64,000 bases of DNA from an uncultured Muribaculaceae bacterium (GCA_964371025.1 CAYJKH010000001.1:2077-66076); one strand, 5' to 3'; shown: positions 1 to 9,477, counted from the stretch's first letter. Notes: a model not told the origin generated them from the letters alone. Numbers and translations: made by a program.

Positions 1-12
1 AGGGAGAAAAAT

Positions 13-471
13 ATGGAGTACAAAATAATTACAAATTCGGAGTATGATACTATTGAATTAGCTCAAAACTTTGAATCAGAAAAATTTGAAAATATGATAA
101 TATGCTTGGATGGCGAACTAGGATCTGGTAAAACAGTTTTTTCTAAGGGATTTGCTCAAGCAATGGAAATAAAAGAAGAAATAACTTCACCTACTTTTAA
201 TTTAATAAAAGAATATGAATCTGGAGAAATGGCTCTGTATCATATGGATTTATATAGAATAGGAGATAATATTGAAGAAATAGGATTAGAAGAATACTAT
301 TATAAAAAAGGAGTAGTATTAATTGAATGGTCTGATTTAATCCAAGATTATTTACCAAAGGAAAGATTAGAAATAAAAATTAGAACAACGGATGATTCTG
401 AAAATAAAAGAATTATCACAATTAAAGCCTTTGGAAAAAAATATGAAGAATTGTGTGAGGCAGTTTTATGA
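13..471 (+). CDS. tsaE: tRNA threonylcarbamoyladenosine biosynthesis protein TsaE (P-loop ATPase YjeE)
   Basis: GELGSGKT Walker A and SPTF motif; ~150 aa; first gene of the conserved tsaE-tsaB-rimI-tsaD cluster; TGA stop overlaps the next start (ATGA). Confidence 0.85.
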   Translation: MEYKIITNSEYDTIELAQNFESEKFENMIICLDGELGSGKTVFSKGFAQAMEIKEEITSPTFNLIKEYESGEMALYHMDLYRIGDNIEEIGLEEYYYKKGVVLIEWSDLIQDYLPKERLEIKIRTTDDSENKRIITIKAFGKKYEELCEAVL

Positions 472-1091
472 AAATATTATACTTAGATACATCTTCTGAT
501 TTTTTATACACAGGAATTGTGGAAAGTAATAAATTAATATGTGAAATAAAAAAAGAGTTCGGTCAAAATATTTCAGAGGTATCTATGATAGAAATTTCTG
601 AAATGTTTAAAAAAAATAAAATATTACCAACAGATATTAATAAAATTATTGTTGTTAATGGTCCTGGTTCATTTACTGGTATTAGAGTAGGGGTTACTAT
701 AGCGAAAACTTATGCTTGGAGTTTAAACATTCCTATAATTACAATATCTTCAATGGAAGCAATGGCTATTTCAACGAATACAAATAAATATAAAATTCCA
801 ATACTAGATGCTAGAAGAGATTTTGTTTATGCCGCTATTTTTGATAGTAATGATAACATAGTTTATAATATAAACCACATATTATTATCTAATATATTAG
901 CTATATCAAAAGAGTTAAAAGATTTTGAATTCATTAGTAATGATGTTTTTAATAAAGTTTCTATTACTAAATATAATCCAGATATTTTAAAAATAGTGGA
1001 AAAAGTTAAAAATAAAGAAGAAACTAACCCTCATGCAGTAAATCCTAATTATTATAAAAAAACAGAAGCAGAGGAAAAAGAGAATGCTTAA
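468..1091 (+). CDS. tsaB: tRNA t6A biosynthesis protein TsaB (YeaZ family)
   Basis: Kae1/YeaZ fold motifs LYLDTS, GPGSFTGIRVG; position between tsaE and rimI. Confidence 0.85.
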   Translation: MKILYLDTSSDFLYTGIVESNKLICEIKKEFGQNISEVSMIEISEMFKKNKILPTDINKIIVVNGPGSFTGIRVGVTIAKTYAWSLNIPIITISSMEAMAISTNTNKYKIPILDARRDFVYAAIFDSNDNIVYNINHILLSNILAISKELKDFEFISNDVFNKVSITKYNPDILKIVEKVKNKEETNPHAVNPNYYKKTEAEEKENA

Positions 1092-1470
1092 AGAGGTATT
1101 AAAAGATAATTTTAGTATAGAAAACCATGATGATATGTTAAATAATATTAAAGATGATTTTATAAATAATCCATATGGAAAATTAATAGTATATGAAGAA
1201 GAAACTATTATAGGATATTTATATTATAGTCTTATTTATGATAGAATTGAAATTAATCAGATAGAAGTAAAAGAAAAATTTCGTAACTTGAAAATTGCTT
1301 CTAAGCTAATGGAATACTTAGTTAATTTAAATAGTAGTAATATAACATTAGAAGTAAGAATAGATAATATACCAGCAATTAAACTATATGAAAAATACAA
1401 TTTTAAAAATGTTGCGATTAGAAAGAATTATTATAAGGATTGTGACGGAATTTTAATGATAAGGGAATAA
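1084..1470 (+). CDS. rimI: ribosomal-protein-alanine N-acetyltransferase (GNAT)
   Basis: GNAT-like 128-aa protein in the canonical tsaB-rimI-tsaD position; overlapping start. Confidence 0.7.
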   Translation: MLKEVLKDNFSIENHDDMLNNIKDDFINNPYGKLIVYEEETIIGYLYYSLIYDRIEINQIEVKEKFRNLKIASKLMEYLVNLNSSNITLEVRIDNIPAIKLYEKYNFKNVAIRKNYYKDCDGILMIRE

Positions 1471-1520
1471 TAGTATTATTTTCTTTTTTTTGATATAATA
1501 GAGATAGAAAGAGTGATTTT

Positions 1521-2525
1521 ATGAAAGAAATTTATGTTTTAGGAATTGAAAGTAGTTGTGACGAGACAAGTGTAGCAATAGTTAAAAATGGAAATGAGGA
1601 AATAGCAACAGTTATATCTTCTCAAATAAATATCCATAAAAAATATGGAGGAGTAGTTCCCGAAATTGCTAGTAGACATCATATTCAAAATATTAGTATT
1701 GTAATAGAAGAATGTTTAGAGCAAGCGAATATGTCAATAAGGGATATAGATGCAATAGCTGTAGCTTATGGTCCTGGATTAATTGGATCATTACTAATAG
1801 GATTAGAAGCTGCTAAAACATTAAGTTTTGTTCATAATATTCCATTAATTCCAGTACATCATATTGCTGGACATATATACGCAAACAATTTAGTAAAAGA
1901 AATGGAATTTCCACTTTTAGCGCTTGTTGTAAGTGGGGGACATACTGAAATTATAAAAATGAATAATCATTATAATTTTAAAAAATTAGGGGCAACTTTA
2001 GATGATGCTATTGGAGAATGTTATGATAAAGTGGGAAGAGTTTTAAATTTAGAATATCCAGGAGGTCCTAAAATAGATAAGTTAGCAATACTTGGAGAGC
2101 ATACATATAATTTGCCTGTGCCTCTTCAAGATAATACTTATAATTTTTCTTTTAGTGGATTAAAGAGTGCAGTTATTAATTTAGTTCATAATGAAAAACA
2201 AAAAAATAAAGAAATAAACCAAGCAAATCTAGCAAAATCTTTTCAAGAAGTAGCATTAGCATCTATAATAAATAAAATAAGAAAAGCAATAGTAAATGAA
2301 AATATTACTAACGTGGTAGTAGCAGGAGGTGTAGCTGCTAATAGTGGTTTAAAAAATAAATTAACTAAATTAGCAGAAGAACAAAATGTTAATCTTACAA
2401 TTCCTCCAATTAAGTATTGTACAGATAATGCTACAATGATAGCAGCAGCAGGATACTTTGCTTATAAAAATGATAAAGTTTCAGATTTATCATTAAAAGC
2501 AAAATCAAGTGATATCTTGTGTTAG
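1521..2525 (+). CDS. tsaD: tRNA N6-adenosine threonylcarbamoyltransferase TsaD (Kae1/YgjD)
   Basis: GIESSCDETSVAI N-terminus, HHIAGH metal-binding motif, GGVAAN; 334 aa; RBS AAAGAG upstream. Confidence 0.9.
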   Translation: MKEIYVLGIESSCDETSVAIVKNGNEEIATVISSQINIHKKYGGVVPEIASRHHIQNISIVIEECLEQANMSIRDIDAIAVAYGPGLIGSLLIGLEAAKTLSFVHNIPLIPVHHIAGHIYANNLVKEMEFPLLALVVSGGHTEIIKMNNHYNFKKLGATLDDAIGECYDKVGRVLNLEYPGGPKIDKLAILGEHTYNLPVPLQDNTYNFSFSGLKSAVINLVHNEKQKNKEINQANLAKSFQEVALASIINKIRKAIVNENITNVVVAGGVAANSGLKNKLTKLAEEQNVNLTIPPIKYCTDNATMIAAAGYFAYKNDKVSDLSLKAKSSDILC

Positions 2526-2532
2526 GAGTAAT

Positions 2533-2829
2533 ATGAATCTTATTGATCAGTATAAAATTTTGATTAGTGCATATTATGGGATATTAGAACTGGATGAATA
2601 TGATTTAAAATTATATTTATTGAAGGAAATAGAAGAATATATAAAAGATTATATAAAGCAAAATCCTATACCTAATTTGGATGAGTCATTAATAAAGGCA
2701 GAAGTTGAGAAAAAAGAAATGGATCGTAAACTGCAAGATGCTTTATTAACAGTTCCTAAAGTGACAAATAATATTGAACCAATCATTATCATTAAGCAAA
2801 AGTTAAGCAATTTAAAAAGAACTATTTAA
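2533..2829 (+). CDS. hypothetical small protein (start moved to ATG 2533 behind AGGAG RBS)
   Basis: ORF track 2509-2829; internal ATG at 2533 has RBS AGGAG 7 nt upstream; no recognisable domain; followed by a strong terminator. Confidence 0.4.
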   Translation: MNLIDQYKILISAYYGILELDEYDLKLYLLKEIEEYIKDYIKQNPIPNLDESLIKAEVEKKEMDRKLQDALLTVPKVTNNIEPIIIIKQKLSNLKRTI

Positions 2830-2853
2830 TTTAATTAAATAGTTCTTTTATTT
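2817..2853 (+). terminator. rho-independent terminator
   Basis: perfect 15-bp inverted repeat aagaactatttaatt/aattaaatagttctt followed by TTTTATTT. Confidence 0.7.
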
Positions 2854-2940
2854 ACACTTTTTTCTAAAATAAATGTAAAACTATTGATAGAAAAAAAAAT
2901 ATATGTTATTCTTAATAAGAATAAAGGATAGGTGAAGAGG

Positions 2941-3525
2941 ATGAATATAAGAAAAATGGCTATAGTAGCAGTATTACTTACAGTGTTTACTTTGGGTATA
3001 TCATATGCAAGTTTAAGTGTAATCTTAAACATTAATGGTACAGCTCAAGTAAGAGCAGCAAATTGGGATGTTCATTTTGAAAATTTAAGTGCTCCATTAA
3101 CAGAAGGCTTAGTACTAGTTAATGTTGAACCAACCTTAATTAGCAATTCAACTTCATTTTCAGACTTAAATGTAACATTTAATAGGACTAATTCAAGCAT
3201 TACTTATAATGTTGATTTAGTAAATGATGGAGATATTGATGCTCAAGTAAATAATGTTACTAGTACTACACCTTTATGTAATACAACATCAGTTGTTGCA
3301 GTTCCAAGTAATGCGGAACAAGATAAACAAGATGTTTGTAATGCTATCTCTCACTCTGTAAAGTATACAGCAGATGGGAGTGATGTAGCAATCGGAGATG
3401 ATTTACTTGCCGGTGAATCAAAAGAAGTAGCTATTAAAATCAATTATGCAGGTACTAATTTACCACTTAATGTAATTAGTATAAACAACTTAGAGACAGC
3501 TATAGGTTTTAGTCAAAAACCATAA
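2941..3525 (+). CDS. small exported protein with N-terminal signal anchor, paralog A (possible SipW substrate / TasA-like minor subunit)
   Basis: Lys/Arg N-terminus, hydrophobic segment, then ...SYASLSV...ANWDVHFENL. Shares the WDVHFENL block and overall architecture with the next ORF. Lies directly upstream of a SipW-type peptidase gene. Start placed at ATG 2941 behind AAGGATAGGTGAAGAGG. Confidence 0.55.
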   Translation: MNIRKMAIVAVLLTVFTLGISYASLSVILNINGTAQVRAANWDVHFENLSAPLTEGLVLVNVEPTLISNSTSFSDLNVTFNRTNSSITYNVDLVNDGDIDAQVNNVTSTTPLCNTTSVVAVPSNAEQDKQDVCNAISHSVKYTADGSDVAIGDDLLAGESKEVAIKINYAGTNLPLNVISINNLETAIGFSQKP

Positions 3526-3555
3526 AAATAAATAAAAAAGAGAGGAATTATAATT

Positions 3556-4146
3556 ATGAAAACAGAAAGAAATTTAAAAATATTAGTAATAGCAGCTATT
3601 ACTATAGCAATTGGAGGATTATCAATTGGATTTGCTGCATTTAGTAGAACACTAACAATTACAGGAGCAGAGGCTACAGTTAATAGTTCAAGTTGGGATG
3701 TACACTTTGAAAATTTAGTACCATCAACTACAGGAACAGCTACTACTACTGGAGGGTCTATCACACCAACTAATTCTACTAGTATTACAGGAATTGATAT
3801 GACACTTACATCTCCTGGAGATTCAGTAACTTATACTTTTGATGTAGTAAATGGTGGAGATTTTGATGCAATTGCTACTACTCTTAATATTGATACACCA
3901 ACATGTGTAGGGTCAGGAGTAAACGCAACAGTTGATGCAACAAATGTATGTAATAATTTAGAGTATACGTTAACTTATGCTGACGGATCAGATATTTTAA
4001 CTACACCTAGTTTAACAACAGCAGAAGGTACAAAAAGTATGAAATTAACATTAACTTATTCTAATGCTATAACAGCTGATCAATTACCAGCTTCAGCAGT
4101 TACAGTTTCAGATTTAAATGCATCAATTTTATATTCTCAAAACTAA
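3556..4146 (+). CDS. small exported protein, paralog B, with AAFS motif after the signal h-region (SipW-cognate-like)
   Basis: MKTERNLKILVIAAITIAIGGLSIGFAAFSRTLTITG: h-region followed by AAFS, reminiscent of the TasA/CalY AAF(N/S)D SipW-cognate signal; SSWDVHFENL block shared with paralog A; RBS GAGAGGA. Confidence 0.55.
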   Translation: MKTERNLKILVIAAITIAIGGLSIGFAAFSRTLTITGAEATVNSSSWDVHFENLVPSTTGTATTTGGSITPTNSTSITGIDMTLTSPGDSVTYTFDVVNGGDFDAIATTLNIDTPTCVGSGVNATVDATNVCNNLEYTLTYADGSDILTTPSLTTAEGTKSMKLTLTYSNAITADQLPASAVTVSDLNASILYSQN

Positions 4147-4240
4147 TATAAAATAAAATTAAGTAGGTGATAGTATTAAAAAGAGCTATATAAAAATTTT
4201 TCTACTATTTAGTACATTACTAGGATTAATATTAGCTAAT

Positions 4241-5305
4241 ATGTTTCTTTTTAAAAATGAAAACATATATATAATAGCTTCTGTAATAGCTCTTTTTTTA
4301 CTTTTAACAAAAGTATTAATTGGGATTGAAAGAAATAGAAGTAGATTAAAAAGTGAAGCAGTAATGAATGTATTTATATACGTAATGCTTTATCATATTA
4401 TATTATATATTTTAGGTATTTTTATAGGATTTACTAAATCACCTTATAGTTTTTCTATTATAAATTTAATTAGAAATATTACTCCAGTTTTATTAATAAT
4501 TGGATTAACAGAAGTATTTAGATATGCAAATGTAATTAAGAGTGAAAAAAGTAATAAATTATTATTATTTGTAACTATTGTTTTAATAATGTTAGATATT
4601 ACAGTTAAAACAAGTATGTATAATTTAGATGTAAGTACTAATTTATTAGAAATAGCATCTTTAGTAATATTACCAGCTATTGCAAATAATATTTTTTTAG
4701 GATATTTGGCGCTTTATTTTGGATGGGCTCCAGCTATATTATATAGAGTATTAATGGAAATACCGGAATATATAATTCCTATTTTACCAAATACTAATGA
4801 ATATTTAGATGCAATAGTAACCTTTTTATTTCCACTATTATTATTACTGCTATTTTATAGACTATTAAATAGAGATAAAAAAGATAAAAGTCCACTTAAG
4901 AAAAACTATTTTGGAATAGTAGTTACTAGTGTTTTAGTTATTATTACAGTATTTACAGTTGGTTTAACTAGTGGGTTATTTAAATATTATATGATAAGTA
5001 TAGGTTCAGGCTCGATGGAACCAAATATTTATGTGGGGGATTCAATAATTGTAAAAAAAGAAGATAATTTAAAAAATATTGAAATAGATGATATATTAGT
5101 TTTTAATCATAATAATTCTACAGTTGTTCATAGAGTAACTAGAATTATGGAAAAGAATAGTAGTTATGAATTTATAACAAAAGGAGACAATAACGAAGAA
5201 GAAGATAACTGGGTTGTTTCTGAAAAAGATGTTATAGGGACTGCAGAATTAAAAATAAGATACATTGGATATCCTACCATATGGTTAAATGAAAAGATTA
5301 ATTAG
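4241..5305 (+). CDS. sipW: signal peptidase I, SipW/archaeal-eukaryotic type (S26B), fused to a ~230-aa N-terminal polytopic membrane domain
   Basis: C-terminal ~120 aa carry all SipW boxes: GSGSMEP (catalytic Ser), VGDSIIV, VVHRVTRI (catalytic His), KGDNNEEED. N-terminal two-thirds is very hydrophobic with multiple predicted TM helices. Confidence 0.8.
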   Translation: MFLFKNENIYIIASVIALFLLLTKVLIGIERNRSRLKSEAVMNVFIYVMLYHIILYILGIFIGFTKSPYSFSIINLIRNITPVLLIIGLTEVFRYANVIKSEKSNKLLLFVTIVLIMLDITVKTSMYNLDVSTNLLEIASLVILPAIANNIFLGYLALYFGWAPAILYRVLMEIPEYIIPILPNTNEYLDAIVTFLFPLLLLLLFYRLLNRDKKDKSPLKKNYFGIVVTSVLVIITVFTVGLTSGLFKYYMISIGSGSMEPNIYVGDSIIVKKEDNLKNIEIDDILVFNHNNSTVVHRVTRIMEKNSSYEFITKGDNNEEEDNWVVSEKDVIGTAELKIRYIGYPTIWLNEKIN

Positions 5306-5319
5306 AAAGGGTTTATAAT

Positions 5320-6444
5320 ATGGCAAAAAAGATAACGTATAAAAGTAATGATAAAACATTTCATGTGCATTTGAGTTCAAAAAGAATAAGGAAATCAATT
5401 AAATTTGGATTTTTTCTTGTTGCGTCTATAATTTTTGTTGTATTATTTGCATTTTTCATTCTTAAATTAATTAGCACAAGTAATTCAGTATCAGTAGTTA
5501 CTTTTAATGAAAAAGGAACGGAAACATATAGAGTTTACTTAAAAGAAAATGATGACTATAAATCTGATTATCTAGGAGAAGATATGGAATATATATCATC
5601 TCTAATTGATTATGTTCAGTTTGATTATAATTATCAGTTGCACTCAAAAAATGAATTAACAATGGATTATAATTATAAAATTACAGCGGATTTAATTATT
5701 GCCAATAAAGAAGCTAATGGTAAGTACTTATATAAAGATACTTATGAATTAGAAAAAGGTAGTAAAAAAATAACTGATAAACAACTAATGATTTCAGATA
5801 GTGTTGAAATAGATTATGATAAATTTAATAAAATTTCTGAAGATATAAAAAAAGAACATGGTTTATATGCAGATAGTTATTTAGAAGTTAAATTTGAAAT
5901 GATTAATGACTCTACATCAAATGACGTGGATAATTCATTAAAAACAACTAATTCGTTGCTTGCAACTATCCCTTTAAATGAAATTACAATAGCAATTAGT
6001 ACTGCATCTAATACTTTTGATGAATCAAGAACAATTTCAAGAAAGAACTTAGAAGAGTTAATAAATTTGTATATGATTTTAGCAGGAGCATCATTCTTAT
6101 TAGCAGTAGTAAATGCATCTTTAGCAACTTATGTTTATCAAAAATATTATTCTAAAAAAGATATTTACTTAGCAACAGTAAAAAAATATTTAAGAGAATA
6201 TGATAGATTAATTGTTTCAAGTAAACAACCAGCTATTAATGAAAAACATTTTGAAAATAAAATAAGAGTAATGTCTATAGAGGAGTTAATTGATGCCCAT
6301 GATTCATCAGGAGCACCAATTATATACTATGAAGTAGAACCTAATGAAAAAAGTTACTTTGTTATTATAGATAATACAACATTATATAAATTAACAATTT
6401 CTAGAACATGGTTAGAAAATAATAAAAAAGACCCTATCGTTTAG
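5320..6444 (+). CDS. hypothetical membrane-anchored protein (two predicted TM segments), co-oriented with sipW
   Basis: N-terminal signal-anchor FGFFLVASIIFVVLFAFFIL and a second hydrophobic segment near residue 250; no recognisable domain. Confidence 0.45.
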   Translation: MAKKITYKSNDKTFHVHLSSKRIRKSIKFGFFLVASIIFVVLFAFFILKLISTSNSVSVVTFNEKGTETYRVYLKENDDYKSDYLGEDMEYISSLIDYVQFDYNYQLHSKNELTMDYNYKITADLIIANKEANGKYLYKDTYELEKGSKKITDKQLMISDSVEIDYDKFNKISEDIKKEHGLYADSYLEVKFEMINDSTSNDVDNSLKTTNSLLATIPLNEITIAISTASNTFDESRTISRKNLEELINLYMILAGASFLLAVVNASLATYVYQKYYSKKDIYLATVKKYLREYDRLIVSSKQPAINEKHFENKIRVMSIEELIDAHDSSGAPIIYYEVEPNEKSYFVIIDNTTLYKLTISRTWLENNKKDPIV

Positions 6445-6458
6445 GGCTTTTTTATTTT
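6430..6458 (+). terminator. weak rho-independent terminator
   Basis: CCCTA-tcgtt-TAGGG hairpin followed by CTTTTTTATTTTT; overlaps stop codon. Confidence 0.45.
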
Positions 6459-6500
6459 TGAAAAAATGGTATAATATAGTAGAAATAAAAGGAGTATATT

Positions 6501-7718
6501 ATGTTACATTTAAGAAAAGATTTTCCCGTATTAATAAATAATCCAGAATTAATTTACTTTGATTCAGGAGCAACTACACTAAAACCACTACCAGTAATAG
6601 AAGCAGTTAATAATTTTTATAATTTGTATACTGCCAATGTTAATAGGGCGAGTTATAAGAGTGCTAATATAGTATCAAAAATGTATGAAGATACTAGAGG
6701 AAAAGTTAAAGAATTTATCAATGCTAAAAGTATAAAAGAAATAATTTTTACATCAGGAGCTACTCATAGTTTAAATACAATTATCGATGGATATTTGGAG
6801 GATATAATAAAGGAAAATGATGTAGTACTTACTACTTTTTTTGAACATTCTTCTATGATTTTACCACTGTTTAGATTAAGAGATAATACAAAATGTTATA
6901 TTGAATATATTCCAGTAGATACTAATAATAAAATTAATTTAAATAGTTTAGAAGAAACACTTGAAAAAAGGCAGGTTAAAGCAATATGTTTATCCCATAT
7001 TTCAAATATTTTAGGAGTTATTAATGATATTGAAAAAATTGTGGAAATAGCTCATCGAAATAATGTTATTGTAATATTAGATGCTACACAATCAGCTCCT
7101 CATATAGAGATTGATGTGCAAAAATTAGATATTGATTTTATGGTGTTTTCATCACATAAAATGTTAGGCCCTTCAGGGCTTGGTATACTTTATGGAAAAG
7201 AAACAAAATTACTTGAAGTAAGACCTTTAATAGTAGGTGGTGGAGATAATATTAGATATGATAAAGATTTTAATGTTATATTTAAAGGATTACCACACAA
7301 ATTAGAAGCAGGAACTCCTCCAATTGAACAAGTTTTAGGATTTTCATCAGCTATTGATTATTTATCTAGTATTGGTATGAATAATATAGAAAAGTATGAG
7401 AAAGAATTATCGGAATATTTAATTTTAAAATTAAAAGAACTTAAAAATATAAATATAATAAATGAAAATAGTGAATCAGGAATAGTATCATTTAGTATTA
7501 AAGATATCTATTCTGAAGATGCAGTTAGTTACTTTTCTAAGCATAACATTAATATTAGAGGAGGATCTCATTGCGCAAAACTTATTAATAATATTACAGG
7601 AAATGATGATTATTTAAGAATAAGTTTATATTTTTATAATACATTTGAAGAAATAGATAAGTTTATTTTAATTGCTAAAGATATTACTTTAGAAGATTGT
7701 ATAGAGAGTATAATATGA
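6501..7718 (+). CDS. sufS: cysteine desulfurase (class V aminotransferase, SufS/Csd-like)
   Basis: FDSGATTLKP N-terminus, PLP-lysine region SSHKMLGPSGLG, catalytic-Cys loop RGGSHCA; 405 aa; followed by sufU. Confidence 0.8.
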   Translation: MLHLRKDFPVLINNPELIYFDSGATTLKPLPVIEAVNNFYNLYTANVNRASYKSANIVSKMYEDTRGKVKEFINAKSIKEIIFTSGATHSLNTIIDGYLEDIIKENDVVLTTFFEHSSMILPLFRLRDNTKCYIEYIPVDTNNKINLNSLEETLEKRQVKAICLSHISNILGVINDIEKIVEIAHRNNVIVILDATQSAPHIEIDVQKLDIDFMVFSSHKMLGPSGLGILYGKETKLLEVRPLIVGGGDNIRYDKDFNVIFKGLPHKLEAGTPPIEQVLGFSSAIDYLSSIGMNNIEKYEKELSEYLILKLKELKNINIINENSESGIVSFSIKDIYSEDAVSYFSKHNINIRGGSHCAKLINNITGNDDYLRISLYFYNTFEEIDKFILIAKDITLEDCIESII

Positions 7719-8152
7719 ATGTAGTAGAAAAAAGAGAAATTATTTATAAAAATATAAAAAACAGTGAATTTAGAGGTTTATTAAATAAAGGTGATTACAT
7801 ATTAGTTGAGGAAAATATTGATTCATGTATGGATACAATTTTTTTAGAAGTTAAAATTGAAGATTCTAAAGTAGAAGATATTCATTTTGATGGAAAAGCA
7901 TGTTCTATTGCATTAGCATCAACATCGATACTATGTCAAACAGTAATAAATAAATCATTAGATGAAGTTAATGTAATATTAGAAAATTATAGTAATATGC
8001 TAAATGGGGAAGATTATAAAGAAAGTATTTTAAATGATTTAGTAGTGTTTAGAGATATTTATAGACAAGAAAATAGAGTTAAATGTGCATCTATGGGAAT
8101 GTATGGATTACTAAAAGCTATTAAAATTTATCATGAAAATAAAAGTAATTAA
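7715..8152 (+). CDS. sufU: Fe-S cluster assembly sulfur-transfer/scaffold protein SufU (IscU-like N-domain)
   Basis: Cys ligand pattern (SCMDTIF..., DGKACSIALAS...) typical of SufU/NifU-N; ATGA overlap with sufS stop at 7715-7718. Confidence 0.7.
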   Translation: MNVVEKREIIYKNIKNSEFRGLLNKGDYILVEENIDSCMDTIFLEVKIEDSKVEDIHFDGKACSIALASTSILCQTVINKSLDEVNVILENYSNMLNGEDYKESILNDLVVFRDIYRQENRVKCASMGMYGLLKAIKIYHENKSN

Positions 8153-8226
8153 AATAGTGAATAATATTTGCTATTTTTTTAGTTTTATGTTATTATATAG
8201 ACCAAGTTTATTGCATGGAGGAAATT

Positions 8227-9477
8227 ATGAAAAAAATGTTTAAAATATTATTAATTATCGTTGTTTTTACAACAACTTTTATTGGAGTTATTCCAAGTGT
8301 TAGTGCTAAAGCACCAGCATCAGTTCAAGCAGGGGATGCAGAAAGATTAACACCACATATTGGAGGAGTTTCTTTTTCATATAAAACTTTATCTAATGGA
8401 GAATATGCTTATTGTTTAGAAGTAAAAAAAGGATTAACGCAAAATATAAAAGCAAATTTAGTAGGGGAATTAGATGCTGGATATGCATATATAGTAGCAA
8501 ATGGTTATCCAAATAAAAAAATAACTGGTAACAGAAACTACGATTACTCTATTACTCAAATAGCATTATGGCTTTATATGGACGAAACTAGTGGAACAGA
8601 TAATTTAGCATCTGGTTTTAGAAACAATGCAAGTGATCCTTATAATTTAATGTCACATGTTATCAAATTAACAGATGCAGCAAAAGCAGCAAAAGCAAAA
8701 GGGTATGCTAAACCTAGTATCAGTCTTTCAACACCTACATCTAGTATGAGCATTAGTGAAGATGGTAAATATTTTATTTCTAATCCTATAACACTAGGAG
8801 GAACATCTGTTTCATCGCCTAAAGTATCAATTGTAAGTAGCCCAGAGGGGACTATTATTACAGATGAAGAAGGAACTGAAAAAAAAGAATTTAAAATAGG
8901 GGATAAGTTTCTTTTAAAAACACCAGTAGAAAGTGTTACAGGAGAAGACGTTACCATTAATATTAAAACAAGTGGAACAGGTACAGTATATAAGGCTTAT
9001 GAATATAGCCCGGTAAATAATAATATGCAAAATATTGTACCACAATTAATTCCTGTAAGTACTGCAGTAGCAGATGAGGCTAGTTTTGACTTTTCAACAA
9101 CAACTGTTGTTATAAATAAAACGGATGCCTCAACTAAAAATTATTTAGCTGGAGCTGAATTAGTTATCAAAAAAGACGGGGTTGAAATAGATAGAATAAC
9201 TACAACAGGGGAAAAAATAGAAATTAAAAATTTAGGATATGGTAATTATACTATTGAAGAAGTTAAAGCACCTAATGGATATGAATTAACTACTAAAATA
9301 TATGAGTTTACTTTATCAGAGGAAAATCCTACGGCAGAAGTTACGATTGAAAACTTTCCAACTATAGAAGTACCAAATACTAGCAGTAGTTCAACATTAC
9401 TTCTATCATTAATAGGGTTTTTAATAATTTCATTCTCAGCAGGAATTATTTATAGACATGCAAAAGCAAAAAACTAA
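8227..9477 (+). CDS. cell-wall-anchored adhesin with thioester domain (TED) and CnaB-like domain; non-canonical sorting signal VPNTS
   Basis: Signal peptide. Cys in YAYCLEVKKG paired with the Gln motif SITQIALWLYMDE (TQxA(I/L)W thioester hallmark). C-terminal TIEEVKAPNGYEL (CnaB-like). C-terminus VPNTS + hydrophobic stretch + RHAKAKN. Start at ATG 8227 behind GGAGG. Confidence 0.7.
   Translation: MKKMFKILLIIVVFTTTFIGVIPSVSAKAPASVQAGDAERLTPHIGGVSFSYKTLSNGEYAYCLEVKKGLTQNIKANLVGELDAGYAYIVANGYPNKKITGNRNYDYSITQIALWLYMDETSGTDNLASGFRNNASDPYNLMSHVIKLTDAAKAAKAKGYAKPSISLSTPTSSMSISEDGKYFISNPITLGGTSVSSPKVSIVSSPEGTIITDEEGTEKKEFKIGDKFLLKTPVESVTGEDVTINIKTSGTGTVYKAYEYSPVNNNMQNIVPQLIPVSTAVADEASFDFSTTTVVINKTDASTKNYLAGAELVIKKDGVEIDRITTTGEKIEIKNLGYGNYTIEEVKAPNGYELTTKIYEFTLSEENPTAEVTIENFPTIEVPNTSSSSTLLLSLIGFLIISFSAGIIYRHAKAKN

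Noticed and set aside
8640-8957. 105-aa minus-strand ORF inside the TED adhesin gene
   Set aside because: Antisense to a well-supported + strand CDS; low-complexity S/P/L-rich translation typical of antisense AT-rich sequence; no RBS
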